DNA of 64,000 nt. It comes from Candidatus Neoruminococcus faecicola. Lineage in GTDB: Bacteria; Bacillota; Clostridia; Oscillospirales; Ruminococcaceae. The stretch covers positions 29,109 to 93,108 of the forward strand of contig CAJFPC010000044.1 in assembly GCA_904398325.1 (NCBI GenBank). The letters are read 5' to 3'. The notes beneath the pieces are model-generated. The model searched no databases, was not told the origin of the DNA, and saw only the letters and a list, made by a program, of their open reading frames with translations. The position numbers and the translations under genes are program-made. Of this stretch, positions 21,046 to 29,348 are shown one piece after another. The stretch's first letter is position 1. Each line of letters begins with the position of its first letter.

Positions 21046-21576
21046 ATGACTTCCGTTTTATACCTGCTGGTGGCGGCGCTGCTGGTGGCAGTGGATCAGG
21101 GAATCAAATATCTGGTGGTGTCGCAGCTGGCGCCGGTGCATTCGGTGCAGGTGATCCCCGGCGTGCTGAATTTTACCTATGTAGAGAATTATGGCGCTGC
21201 CTTCGGCATTTTCCGCGGACAGGTGGTTTTTCTGGTGGTGCTGACGGCAGCGATCCTGTTGGTGATGATCTACCTGGTGCTGGCAAAAAAAATCCGGCAT
21301 CCGGTGGGCAACTGGGGCATCTGCCTGGTGGCTGCCGGCGGCGTCGGCAATTTGATTGACCGGCTTGCCCGGGGGTTTGTTGTGGATTATCTGGATATTT
21401 CCCCGCTGTTTTCCTACCCTGTGTTCAATTTTGCCGATTGCTGCGTGGTATGCGGAACCGCTTTGATTGCCATCTACATCCTGGTGTTGGAAGGGCGTCA
21501 GCACCATTCCCACGAAATCAAAGAAATCCCGCCGCAGGATGCTGAAAACCACCGAGAGCCTACAGAGGAGCCTTGA
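21046..21576 (+). CDS. lspA: lipoprotein signal peptidase (signal peptidase II)
   Basis: Has the motifs NYGAAFGI and FNFADCCV, and four TM segments. ATG 21046 follows GGAGAAA. Confidence 0.9.
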   Translation: MTSVLYLLVAALLVAVDQGIKYLVVSQLAPVHSVQVIPGVLNFTYVENYGAAFGIFRGQVVFLVVLTAAILLVMIYLVLAKKIRHPVGNWGICLVAAGGVGNLIDRLARGFVVDYLDISPLFSYPVFNFADCCVVCGTALIAIYILVLEGRQHHSHEIKEIPPQDAENHREPTEEP

Positions 21577-21580
21577 CAAT

Positions 21581-22507
21581 ATGGCAGACCGGTTGCATTT
21601 AATCGTTCCGGAAGCGTGGGAAGGGGAACGCCTTGACAGCTATCTTGCCGCCGCACAGGAGAGCATCACCCGTTCCGGCGCGCAAAAGCTGATTGCAGAA
21701 GGGCAGGTTCTGCTCAATGGCAGGCTGCCTGCAAAAAATACCCGTCTCAAGCCCGGGGATGAGATTCTGCTGACCATCCCGGAGCCGAAGCCGCTGGACG
21801 CTGAACCGGAAAACATCCCGCTGGATATCGTCTATGAGGACGACGCGCTTCTGGTGGTTAACAAGCCAAAGGGAATGGTGGTGCATCCGGCGCCGGGCAA
21901 TGAGAGCGGCACGCTGGTCAATGCGCTGCTTTATCACTGTCAGGGCAGGCTGTCGGGAATCAACGGGGTGATCCGTCCCGGCATTGTGCATCGCATCGAT
22001 AAGGATACCAGCGGCCTGTTGATTGTGGCGAAAACCGATCAGGCCCATCTGGCGCTTTCAGAACAGATCAAGGCGCATAGCTTTACACGCCAATATGAGG
22101 CGGTGCTCTATGGGAACTTGAAGGAAGACAGCCGCGTGGTTGACGCCCCCATCGGGCGGCATAAAACCGACCGCAAAAAGATGTGCGTCACCGCCGAGCA
22201 CTCCCGGAACGCTTACACCACCTTTGAGGTGATTGCCCGGTATGAAGGCTTCACCCATGTGCGCGCCATCTTAAAGACTGGGCGCACCCACCAGATCCGG
22301 GTGCATGCCGCCTATATCGGGCATCCTGTGGCGGGCGACCCCGTCTATGGGCCGAAAAAGGTGATCGCCCAGCTGGGCGGCCAATGCCTGCACGCCGGGC
22401 TCATCGGCTTTATCCACCCGGTGACGGGGGAGTATCTGGAATTCCATGCCCCCCTGCCGGAATATTTCACCAATTTTTTAGCCGCGCTGCGGCGGCTTTC
22501 AGACTAA
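21581..22507 (+). CDS. rluD: RluA-family 23S rRNA pseudouridine synthase (RluD-like)
   Basis: Has an N-terminal S4 domain (ERLDSYL...), the catalytic motif HRIDKDTSGLLIVAKT, and GRTHQIRVH. Confidence 0.88.
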   Translation: MADRLHLIVPEAWEGERLDSYLAAAQESITRSGAQKLIAEGQVLLNGRLPAKNTRLKPGDEILLTIPEPKPLDAEPENIPLDIVYEDDALLVVNKPKGMVVHPAPGNESGTLVNALLYHCQGRLSGINGVIRPGIVHRIDKDTSGLLIVAKTDQAHLALSEQIKAHSFTRQYEAVLYGNLKEDSRVVDAPIGRHKTDRKKMCVTAEHSRNAYTTFEVIARYEGFTHVRAILKTGRTHQIRVHAAYIGHPVAGDPVYGPKKVIAQLGGQCLHAGLIGFIHPVTGEYLEFHAPLPEYFTNFLAALRRLSD

Positions 22508-22523
22508 CTCAGGAGGTAATCAC

Positions 22524-23369
22524 ATGGATCAGGCGTTAAAAAACAAACTGGAAATCACCGCTTGCAAAATCAGGATCGGTACGATCATCGGCGTTTATCA
22601 CGCCAAATCCGGCCATCCGGGCGGTTCGCTTTCCATTGCGGACGTGTTAGCGTATCTTTATAATGCTGAGATGCGGATTGATCCGGCCAATCCCAAGTGG
22701 GAGGACCGGGACCGCTTTGTCATGTCCAAGGGGCACTGCGCCCCTGCGCTGTATGCCGCCCTGGCGGAACGGGGGTATTTTTCCCCTGAGGAGCTAAACC
22801 ATCTGCGTCAGATCGGCGCGCTGCTGCAGGGCCATCCGGATATGAAGCATGTGCCGGGCGTGGATATGTCCACCGGTTCCCTGGGGCAGGGCATCTCCGC
22901 TGCGGTAGGCATGGCGATGGCCGGCAAAATGGCCGGTAAGGATTACCGCGTTTACGCCATCCTGGGGGATGGTGAGCTGCAGGAGGGCCAGGTGTGGGAG
23001 GCTGCTATGCTGGCTGGCCACAGCAAGCTGGACAACCTGTGCGTCTATATCGACAACAACGATCTGCAGATTGACGGCTGCATCGACGATATCTGTTCGC
23101 CCAAGCCCATCGATAAGAAATTCGAGGCGTTTAATTTCTATGTGATTCAGGTGGATGCACACAATCTGGAGGAAATCGAGGCCGCCTATCATCAGGCCAG
23201 ACAGAATAAGGGGCATCCCACCGCGATCATCGGCAAGAGCATCAAGGGCAAGGGCGTCTCTTATATGGAAAACAACGCCAAATGGCACGGCACCGCCCCC
23301 AACGACGAGGAATACCGCATCGCGATGGAGGAGCTGCAGGGCGCTTTGAAGGCATTGGAGGTAAAGTGA
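22524..23369 (+). CDS. tkt: transketolase, N-terminal (TPP-binding) subunit
   Basis: Has SGHPGGSLS, then MSKGHCAPALYA and GDGELQEGQVWEA. This is the split transketolase typical of Clostridia. Confidence 0.9.
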   Translation: MDQALKNKLEITACKIRIGTIIGVYHAKSGHPGGSLSIADVLAYLYNAEMRIDPANPKWEDRDRFVMSKGHCAPALYAALAERGYFSPEELNHLRQIGALLQGHPDMKHVPGVDMSTGSLGQGISAAVGMAMAGKMAGKDYRVYAILGDGELQEGQVWEAAMLAGHSKLDNLCVYIDNNDLQIDGCIDDICSPKPIDKKFEAFNFYVIQVDAHNLEEIEAAYHQARQNKGHPTAIIGKSIKGKGVSYMENNAKWHGTAPNDEEYRIAMEELQGALKALEVK

Positions 23370-23370
23370 A

Positions 23371-24318
23371 ATGGCTGAAGTGAAAAAAATCGCAACACGG
23401 GACAGTTACGGCGCCACTTTGGCGGAACTGTCCACCACCATGGACAAACTGATTGTGCTGGATGCCGATCTGGCCGGCGCGACCAAAACAGCCGTCTTTA
23501 AAAAGGCCTGCCCGGAGCGTTTCTTTGACTGCGGCATCGCCGAGGCCAATATGATGGGCGTGGCGGCCGGTTTCGCCGCCTGCGGCTATGTACCCTTCGC
23601 CAGCAGCTTTGCCATGTTTGCGGCAGGGCGCGCCTTTGAGCAGATCCGCAATTCCATCGGCTATCCTCATCTGAATGTGAAAATCGGCGCCACTCATGCG
23701 GGCGTCTCGGTGGGGGAGGACGGCGCCACCCACCAGTGCTGTGAGGATATCGGCCTGATGCGCACCATTCCAGGGATGACCATCATCAATCCCGCCGACG
23801 ATGTGGAGGCACGGGCTGCAGTGCGGGCCGCTGCCGAATATGTGGGACCGGTGTATCTGCGCTTTGGCCGGATGGCGGTGCCTGTTTTCAACGATCCGGA
23901 TACCTATCGCTTTGAATGGGGCAAGGGCGTCACCCTGCGGGAAGGCAGCGACATCACCATCATCGCCACCGGGCTGCTGGTCTACGAAGCGGTGCTGGCC
24001 AGCGACATCCTCAAGGAAATGGGCATTTCGGCCCGGGTGATCAACATCCACACCATCAAGCCCATCGATGAGGAGATTATCCTCAAGGCTGCCCGGGAAA
24101 CCGGCCGCATCGTCACCGCGGAGGAGCACAACATCATCGGCGGCCTGGGCGAGGCGGTTTGCGCCGTCACTGCCGCCGGATGCCCGGTGCCGGTGACCCG
24201 CATCGGCGTCAACGATGTATTCGGCCATTCCGGCCCCGGCGCAAAGCTGCTGGAAGAATTTGGCCTGACCAAAGACAATCTGGTCAAAACAGTCCGTCAG
24301 GTGCTGGGGAAAGAATAA
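23371..24318 (+). CDS. tkt: transketolase, C-terminal (pyrimidine-binding) subunit
   Basis: Has CGIAEANMMGVAAG and GATHQCCEDIGLMR. It starts 1 nt after the N-terminal subunit stop. Confidence 0.9.
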   Translation: MAEVKKIATRDSYGATLAELSTTMDKLIVLDADLAGATKTAVFKKACPERFFDCGIAEANMMGVAAGFAACGYVPFASSFAMFAAGRAFEQIRNSIGYPHLNVKIGATHAGVSVGEDGATHQCCEDIGLMRTIPGMTIINPADDVEARAAVRAAAEYVGPVYLRFGRMAVPVFNDPDTYRFEWGKGVTLREGSDITIIATGLLVYEAVLASDILKEMGISARVINIHTIKPIDEEIILKAARETGRIVTAEEHNIIGGLGEAVCAVTAAGCPVPVTRIGVNDVFGHSGPGAKLLEEFGLTKDNLVKTVRQVLGKE

Positions 24319-24325
24319 CGCCACA

Positions 24326-24360
24326 GGGCCCCTGGGGATTTCCAGGGGCCCTTGCTGGCT
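24326..24360 (+). terminator. GC-rich hairpin terminator after transketolase
   Basis: GGGCCCCTGG (24326-24335) pairs with CCAGGGGCCC (24342-24351), followed by TTGCTGGCTTT. Confidence 0.6.
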
Positions 24361-24370
24361 TTATGGGGGC

Positions 24371-24730
24371 GTGAGGAAAATGGGCAAGACAGAAGGTGTT
24401 CTCGCAGTCACGGCACTGCTGATCCTGCTGGCGCTGGGAGGCGTCTATTTGCTGACTCCGCCGCAATCGGCGCAAACGGTCATTTTCTATTCCAATGAGG
24501 CGCTGGAGGAAATTTCCTCCCGGCAGCAGCTGGGCGGCCGCATCAACATCAACACAGCCACCAAGGAAGAATTGATGGAGCTGCCCGGCATTGGAGAAGT
24601 TCTGGCCCAGCGCATCATCGACGACCGGGAGGAGAACGGCCGCTTTGCTTCCACCCGGGATCTGGACCGGGTGGAAGGCATCGGCGAGAAAAAGCTGGAG
24701 GAATTGCTGCCGCTGATCACCGTTTCCTGA
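24371..24730 (+). CDS. comEA: ComEA-family helix-hairpin-helix DNA-binding protein
   Basis: Has an N-terminal membrane anchor, then INTATKEELMELPGIGEVLAQRII...GRF....DL..V.GIGEKKLE. Confidence 0.85.
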   Translation: MRKMGKTEGVLAVTALLILLALGGVYLLTPPQSAQTVIFYSNEALEEISSRQQLGGRININTATKEELMELPGIGEVLAQRIIDDREENGRFASTRDLDRVEGIGEKKLEELLPLITVS

Positions 24731-24792
24731 ATATGGGCGGGCGCATAGGCGCCGTCTCCACGGAATATAGATGCCGTGGGAGGGATGCAGGG

Positions 24793-25533
24793 ATGCGCAA
24801 AGGGTGGTTTTGTATTCGTTTTCGGCCAATTAAGATGCTGGCGCTGACTTTGGCGCTGGGCGCCGGGCTGCTGGCTATCCCCATGAGCCGCCCTCCGGCG
24901 GACCAGCCCGCCATGGCCCATGCCCATCCGCTGCCCACCATCCTGGTGGATGCGGGGCACGGCGGCGTGGATGGCGGCGCTGTGGGGGCAGACAACATCC
25001 AGGAAAAGGAGATTAACCTGCAAATCGCCCTGAAGCTGCGGGATCTGCTGCGTTTTTGCGGTTTTTCCACCCAAATGACCCGGGAAACCGACTGTTCGAT
25101 CCATGACGAAGATGCGGTGTCCATCCGGCAGCAGAAAGAATCCGACCTGCATAACCGCCTGGCCATACTGGAGGGGATGGAAAACGGCTTTCTCATCAGC
25201 ATCCATCAGAATAAATTCGAGCTGGAAAGCTGCCGCGGCGCACAGATTTTTTACGGCCCGCTAAATGAGGAAAGCCAGGCCTTTGGAGAGCTATTGCAGA
25301 TGAGGATGGTTGCCGATTTGGACCCGGCCAATAACCGCAAAGCAAAGCAGTGCGGTTCCAATGTGTTTTTGATCTACCGGGCCAAGCAGCCGGCGGTGCT
25401 GGTGGAGTGCGGCTTCCTTTCCAACCGGGAGGAGGCTGCCCTTTTGACCACGGATGAATATCAGAAAAAAATCGCCGCTTCCATCGTGGGCAGCCTGTAT
25501 GAATACGAGGGGATCCAGCGCGGCGCGAATTAA
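24793..25533 (+). CDS. cwlD: N-acetylmuramoyl-L-alanine amidase, CwlD-like (germination-specific)
   Basis: Amidase_3 motifs are present (ILVDAGHGGVDGGA, SIHQN), with a signal/anchor segment. ATG 24793 follows SD GGGAGGGA. Confidence 0.75.
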   Translation: MRKGWFCIRFRPIKMLALTLALGAGLLAIPMSRPPADQPAMAHAHPLPTILVDAGHGGVDGGAVGADNIQEKEINLQIALKLRDLLRFCGFSTQMTRETDCSIHDEDAVSIRQQKESDLHNRLAILEGMENGFLISIHQNKFELESCRGAQIFYGPLNEESQAFGELLQMRMVADLDPANNRKAKQCGSNVFLIYRAKQPAVLVECGFLSNREEAALLTTDEYQKKIAASIVGSLYEYEGIQRGAN

Positions 25534-25561
25534 AGTCAGAGAGGGAAGGGGAGACATCCCA

Positions 25562-26953
25562 TTGGCAGGGAAGTTGAAAACCAGATATGTCTGCGCCCAG
25601 TGTGGCTATGAAACCGCCAAATGGTACGGCAAATGCCCGGAATGCGGCGCGTGGAACTCTTTTTCGGAGGAGGTCCGCTCGGAAACCACCGCAACGGCAA
25701 AATCCATCGCCAAGGCAATGGATCTCAGTCAGGCGGTGCAGCCGCTGGATGCAGTGGATTCTGCTGAGGAGCAGCGCTACCACACCGGCCTGAGCGAATT
25801 TGACCGGGTGTTGGGCGGCGGTATTGTGCTGGGATCGGTGGTGTTGATTTCCGGCGATCCCGGTATCGGCAAATCCACCCTGCTCATGCAGGTCAGCGGT
25901 GTGCTGGGTCAAAATAAAAAGGTACTGTATGTTTCCGGGGAGGAAAGCGCCCGCCAGATCAAGCTGCGGGCCAACCGCCTGGGCGTGGAAGGGGAAGGGC
26001 TGTTTGTTTCCACCGCCACAGATATCGAGCATATCATCGAGCTGGCCAACCGGATGGAGCCGGATATCCTGGTGGTGGATTCCATCCAGACGGTCACCCA
26101 CAGCGCGGTTTCTTCTTCAGCGGGCAGCATCACCCAGGTGCGGGAATGCACCCAGCTGCTGATCAGCTATGCCAAAAACAGCGGCAAGCCGGTCTTTATT
26201 GTGGGGCACGTCAACAAGGACGGCGCTATCGCCGGCCCGAAGGTGCTGGAGCATATGGTAGACGCCGTTTTATATTTTGAAGGGGACAAGCAGCTCAGCT
26301 ACCGCATCCTGCGGGCAGTGAAAAACCGTTTTGGCTCCACCAACGAGATCGGCGTGTTCTCAATGGATGAAAGGGGGCTGGAAGCGGTGGAAAACCCCTC
26401 TGAAATGCTCCTTTCCGGCCGGCCGGAGCAGGTTTCCGGCACCTGCATTGTCTGCGTGATGGAGGGCAGCCGCCCTATCCTGGTGGAGGTGCAGGCCCTG
26501 GTGGCCAAAAGCAGCTTTGGGCAGCCCCGCCGCATGGCTGCCGGGTTTGACTACAACCGTACGGCGCTGCTGTTGGCCGTGCTGGAAAAGCGCGCAGGCT
26601 GTTTTTTTGGCAATACCGACGTTTATGTCAACATTGTGGGTGGGCTGCGCCTGGATGAACCTGCGGTAGACCTGGCGGTGGCGCTGGCGCTGGTCTCTAA
26701 TCTGACAGACCGCCCGCTGCCGGAACATCTGGTGGCATTTGGAGAAATTGGCCTGGCGGGAGAAATCCGCAATATTTCTGCGGTAGAAAGCCGCGTCAGG
26801 GAATGCTATCGGCTGGGGTATCAGAAGATCATGCTGCCCAAGGCCGCGATCCGGCAGCTGCACACCGAACAAATGCCCGGCCTGCAGTTATTCGGCGTCA
26901 GCACTCTGGCGCAGGCTCTCGCTGTGATCGATAAGGGGATTGCTGCCGATTGA
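25562..26953 (+). CDS. radA: DNA repair protein RadA
   Basis: Has a Zn finger (YVCAQCGYETAKWYGKCPECGAWN), Walker A GDPGIGKST, KNRFG, and a Lon-like C-terminal domain. TTG 25562 follows a GAGAGGGAAGGGGAG SD region. Confidence 0.92.
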   Translation: MAGKLKTRYVCAQCGYETAKWYGKCPECGAWNSFSEEVRSETTATAKSIAKAMDLSQAVQPLDAVDSAEEQRYHTGLSEFDRVLGGGIVLGSVVLISGDPGIGKSTLLMQVSGVLGQNKKVLYVSGEESARQIKLRANRLGVEGEGLFVSTATDIEHIIELANRMEPDILVVDSIQTVTHSAVSSSAGSITQVRECTQLLISYAKNSGKPVFIVGHVNKDGAIAGPKVLEHMVDAVLYFEGDKQLSYRILRAVKNRFGSTNEIGVFSMDERGLEAVENPSEMLLSGRPEQVSGTCIVCVMEGSRPILVEVQALVAKSSFGQPRRMAAGFDYNRTALLLAVLEKRAGCFFGNTDVYVNIVGGLRLDEPAVDLAVALALVSNLTDRPLPEHLVAFGEIGLAGEIRNISAVESRVRECYRLGYQKIMLPKAAIRQLHTEQMPGLQLFGVSTLAQALAVIDKGIAAD

Positions 26954-27088
26954 CCGCGGCTGAAAATACTGGCAGCCCGATATTTTCTGCGCCGTGATCC
27001 GGCTGATTTCATTAAGCTCGCAGTATCCGTCCACCTGATATTTGCAGGGCTCTTTGCAGGGAATCAGGCTCAAAGCAACACACCTCAT
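26888..27088 (-). CDS. candidate small Cys-rich protein (66 aa; 4 Cys plus one N-terminal Cys), convergent with radA and overlapping its 3' end
   Basis: ATG 27088 gives MRCVALSLIPCKEPCKYQVDGYCELNEISRITAQKISGCQYFQPR... with AGGA just upstream. From memory, the C-x3-C-x7-C...GC pattern resembles small clostridial miniproteins. The last 66 nt are antisense to radA. Confidence 0.45.
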   Translation of the reverse strand: MRCVALSLIPCKEPCKYQVDGYCELNEISRITAQKISGCQYFQPRSIGSNPLIDHSESLRQSADAE

Positions 27089-27164
27089 TTCCTGCTTTAT
27101 TATGCGCGCTGAAGTGAAACATATGCGAAAGCGGAGAGAAATCTGCCGCGTTACCGATAAATAT

Positions 27165-27196
27165 AAAAAAACCAGCCCGAATTGGGGCTGGTTTTT
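27165..27196 (-). terminator. bidirectional rho-independent terminator
   Basis: A-run, then ACCAGCCC (27171-27178), a 6-nt loop, GGGCTGGT (27185-27192), then a T-run. It lies 20 nt downstream of the 27217..27468 gene. Confidence 0.75.
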
Positions 27197-27216
27197 ATCG
27201 TATGGACGAAACTGTC

Positions 27217-27468
27217 TCACAGCTCCTGATCCTGCGCATCCGGCAGGGAAGAAGCGGCATCCGCATCAGCAGCCGGCTGGGAATCCGCCGCCTGGCCGGC
27301 CCGTTCCTGCTTCATGCGGTTTAAATCCCGCTGCATCTGATATTCCAAAATCATCTTGCGGCGCTTATTTTCCTGACGGACCCTGCGGTTGTAGGTCTTA
27401 ATGTACAAAGTAATGCCGGAAAGCACCATAATAATAAAAATGACGAAAAAATAAAATCCAAACCCCAT
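27217..27468 (-). CDS. small single-pass membrane protein with a basic coiled region and acidic tail, unknown function
   Basis: The 83-aa form begins MGFGFYFFVIFIIMVLSGITLYIKTYNRRVRQENKRRK... and follows SD GGAAAGGA. It has its own promoter (27509-27537). The 151-aa track form would run through that promoter and into xer. Confidence 0.6.
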   Translation of the reverse strand: MGFGFYFFVIFIIMVLSGITLYIKTYNRRVRQENKRRKMILEYQMQRDLNRMKQERAGQAADSQPAADADAASSLPDAQDQEL

Positions 27469-27508
27469 GGCCAAAATCCTTTCCAACAGTGATTGAAGAT
27501 CATGAAAT

Positions 27509-27537
27509 AGTATAGCATGTTTTAAGTTGGGATGCAA
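27509..27537 (-). promoter_or_regulatory. sigma-A promoter for the small membrane-protein gene
   Basis: On the minus strand: TTGCAT, 17-bp spacer, TATACT. Confidence 0.55.
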
Positions 27538-27571
27538 GGCAAAGCCGGGGCGGAGGGCCCATGGAAAAAGC

Positions 27572-27600
27572 TTGACAAATCCCGCGGGAACGGATATACT
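27572..27600 (+). promoter_or_regulatory. sigma-A promoter of the Xer-family recombinase gene
   Basis: -35 TTGACA (27572-27577), 17-bp spacer, -10 TATACT (27595-27600). Confidence 0.6.
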
Positions 27601-27611
27601 TTTTATATCAA

Positions 27612-27643
27612 TAATTTCGCTAAATAAAAATTTAGCGAAATTA
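27612..27643. repeat. perfect 14-bp-arm inverted repeat (TAATTTCGCTAAAT-AAAA-ATTTAGCGAAATTA) in the xer 5' leader
   Basis: I read this directly from the sequence. The arms 27612-27625 and 27630-27643 are exact reverse complements. It can also be parsed as 11-6-11 (ATTTCGCTAAA TAAAAA TTTAGCGAAAT). It abuts SD AAGGGGG. Confidence 0.9.
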
Positions 27644-27657
27644 AGGGGGCAGAAATT

Positions 27658-28656
27658 ATGGCAGAAGACCACTATCAGGATGCGCCCGGCTTTTTGCGGG
27701 AATTTCTATTTTATTTATTGACGGTCAAAGGCCGTTCTGTCCGCACGGTAGATGCGTATTATATCGATCTGCGCACCTTTCTGCGTTATTTAAAATGCAG
27801 CAAAATGACAGGAGAGTTTCCGGAGGATCTTTCCGATGTGGCTATCAGCGACATTCCGGTTTCTGTGATTCAGGCGGTCACCTTGTCGGATGTGTATGAA
27901 TATCTCAACTACACCCTCACTGGGCGGGAAAATTCCGCCAAGACCCGATCCCGCAAGGTTTCCAGCCTGCGCAGTTTTTTTCGGTATCTGCACATCAAAA
28001 CCACGCTGCTGCCCACCAATCCCGTGGAAAATCTTGAGGTGCCCTCGGTGCGCAAATCGCTGCCGAAATATCTGACGCTGGAGCAAAGCCTGGAGCTGTT
28101 GGCCGGTTCTATGGAACCCGGCAGCGAACGGGATTATGCCATGCTGACGCTGTTTTTAAACTGCGGCATGCGCCTTTCAGAGCTGGTAGGGATCAATCTT
28201 GGGGATTTTAACACCAAGGAGCACTCCCTGCGTCTGTTAGGCAAAGGCAACAAAGAGCGGATTGTCTATCTGAACGACGCCTGCATCGCCGCAGTGGAGC
28301 GGTATCTGGCGGTGCGCCCCAGGCCCAAGCGCACGCCCAAAGATCAAAACGCGCTGTTTTTATCCCGCACCGGCAGCCGGATTTCCCCGCGCCGGGTGGA
28401 ACAGATCATCACCGCCTGCCTGGGCCGCATCGGCCTGCAGGGTCAGGGGTATTCGGTGCATAAACTGCGGCATACGGCTGCGACGCTGATGTACCAGCAC
28501 GGCCAGGTGGATATCCGGGTGCTGCAGGATATTCTGGGCCACGCCAATCTTTCCACCACAGAGATTTATACCCACATTGCGGAACGCCAGGTGGAAGAAG
28601 CCATGAAAAACTCCCCCCTTGCCAAAGTGAAAGCAAAAAAAACGCCCCAGCCCTAA
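27658..28656 (+). CDS. Xer-family site-specific tyrosine recombinase (XerC/XerD-like)
   Basis: Has an N-terminal SAM-like core-binding domain (TVDAYYIDLRTFLRYL, SSLRSFFRYL) and the catalytic residues R (GMRLSEL), HKLRHTAAT, and GHANLSTTEIYTH. Confidence 0.88.
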   Translation: MAEDHYQDAPGFLREFLFYLLTVKGRSVRTVDAYYIDLRTFLRYLKCSKMTGEFPEDLSDVAISDIPVSVIQAVTLSDVYEYLNYTLTGRENSAKTRSRKVSSLRSFFRYLHIKTTLLPTNPVENLEVPSVRKSLPKYLTLEQSLELLAGSMEPGSERDYAMLTLFLNCGMRLSELVGINLGDFNTKEHSLRLLGKGNKERIVYLNDACIAAVERYLAVRPRPKRTPKDQNALFLSRTGSRISPRRVEQIITACLGRIGLQGQGYSVHKLRHTAATLMYQHGQVDIRVLQDILGHANLSTTEIYTHIAERQVEEAMKNSPLAKVKAKKTPQP

Positions 28657-28677
28657 AAAGTCCGGGGCTATCATTTT

Positions 28678-29316
28678 TTACAGCCAATATTGATCCCGCA
28701 GCAGCACGGTTATCTGAGCGCTTAGGAGGGACACCAGCAGCGTTAAAATCAGGATCACCACGCATTTGAGCAGATATTCCCGCGGGCCGGGGGCAGGTCC
28801 AGCCGGGCGGTTCGGCAGGGCCTGGGCACGAAAGCTGCTGGATTTTTCCACCGCATACTCCCCCATTTTCATGAGCAGCAAAGCGCTGCACAGATCCGGG
28901 CCAAACAGATACAGCAGCAGGAAGATCATCGCCCTAAAACCGTACAGGTGGAAAAACGCCGCATAGGTATAGCCGATTTCAACCCCTTTCCACAACAGCA
29001 CGGCGATACACACCGGCCTTGAAATGGTGCTGCAGCCGCCAAACACCAGCAGCGCCAGCATCGTCAGGTTTCCCCCCAGCCCCAGCAGGAAAAGGCTTTT
29101 GAGCTCTGCGCTTTCCCGGTTTTCCAAAAAACTGTCGATCAGCGCCTGCGCAGCGCCCAGTTCGTCCGAAAGCGGCATGGCCGCTGCCAGGGTTCCTGCA
29201 GCCACCCCCACCAGGCAGAAAATCCCCAGCAGCACCATATAATAATGGTTGCGGATGTAAAACTTCACCGCGCGCATCTGGCGGGCGGCATTTTGCCATT
29301 TGGACTTCCGGTACAT
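28678..29316 (-). CDS. spoIIM: stage II sporulation protein M
   Basis: A multi-TM protein with SpoIIM-like layout (FYIRNHYYMVLLGIFCLVGVAAG...NLTMLALLVFGG...). As I recall, spoIIM lies close to xerD (ripX) in B. subtilis as well. ATG 29316 follows AAAGGATGG. Confidence 0.7.
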   Translation of the reverse strand: MYRKSKWQNAARQMRAVKFYIRNHYYMVLLGIFCLVGVAAGTLAAAMPLSDELGAAQALIDSFLENRESAELKSLFLLGLGGNLTMLALLVFGGCSTISRPVCIAVLLWKGVEIGYTYAAFFHLYGFRAMIFLLLYLFGPDLCSALLLMKMGEYAVEKSSSFRAQALPNRPAGPAPGPREYLLKCVVILILTLLVSLLSAQITVLLRDQYWL

Positions 29317-29348
29317 AAAAAACCATCCTTTCGCCAGGTCTTGTCCCA

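Noticed and set aside
26888-27220. 110-aa form of the Cys-rich ORF, and the 151-aa form of the neighbouring ORF (27217..27672).
   Set aside because: The 110-aa form spans the bidirectional terminator at 27165-27196. The 151-aa form spans its own predicted promoter plus the xer promoter and start. The shorter forms have SDs.
27658-28656. The tyrosine recombinase as a marker of an integrated mobile element or prophage.
   Set aside because: There are no flanking phage or transposon genes, no tRNA target, and no direct repeats. As I recall, spoIIM is also a close neighbour of xerD in B. subtilis. A chromosomal Xer-type role fits better.
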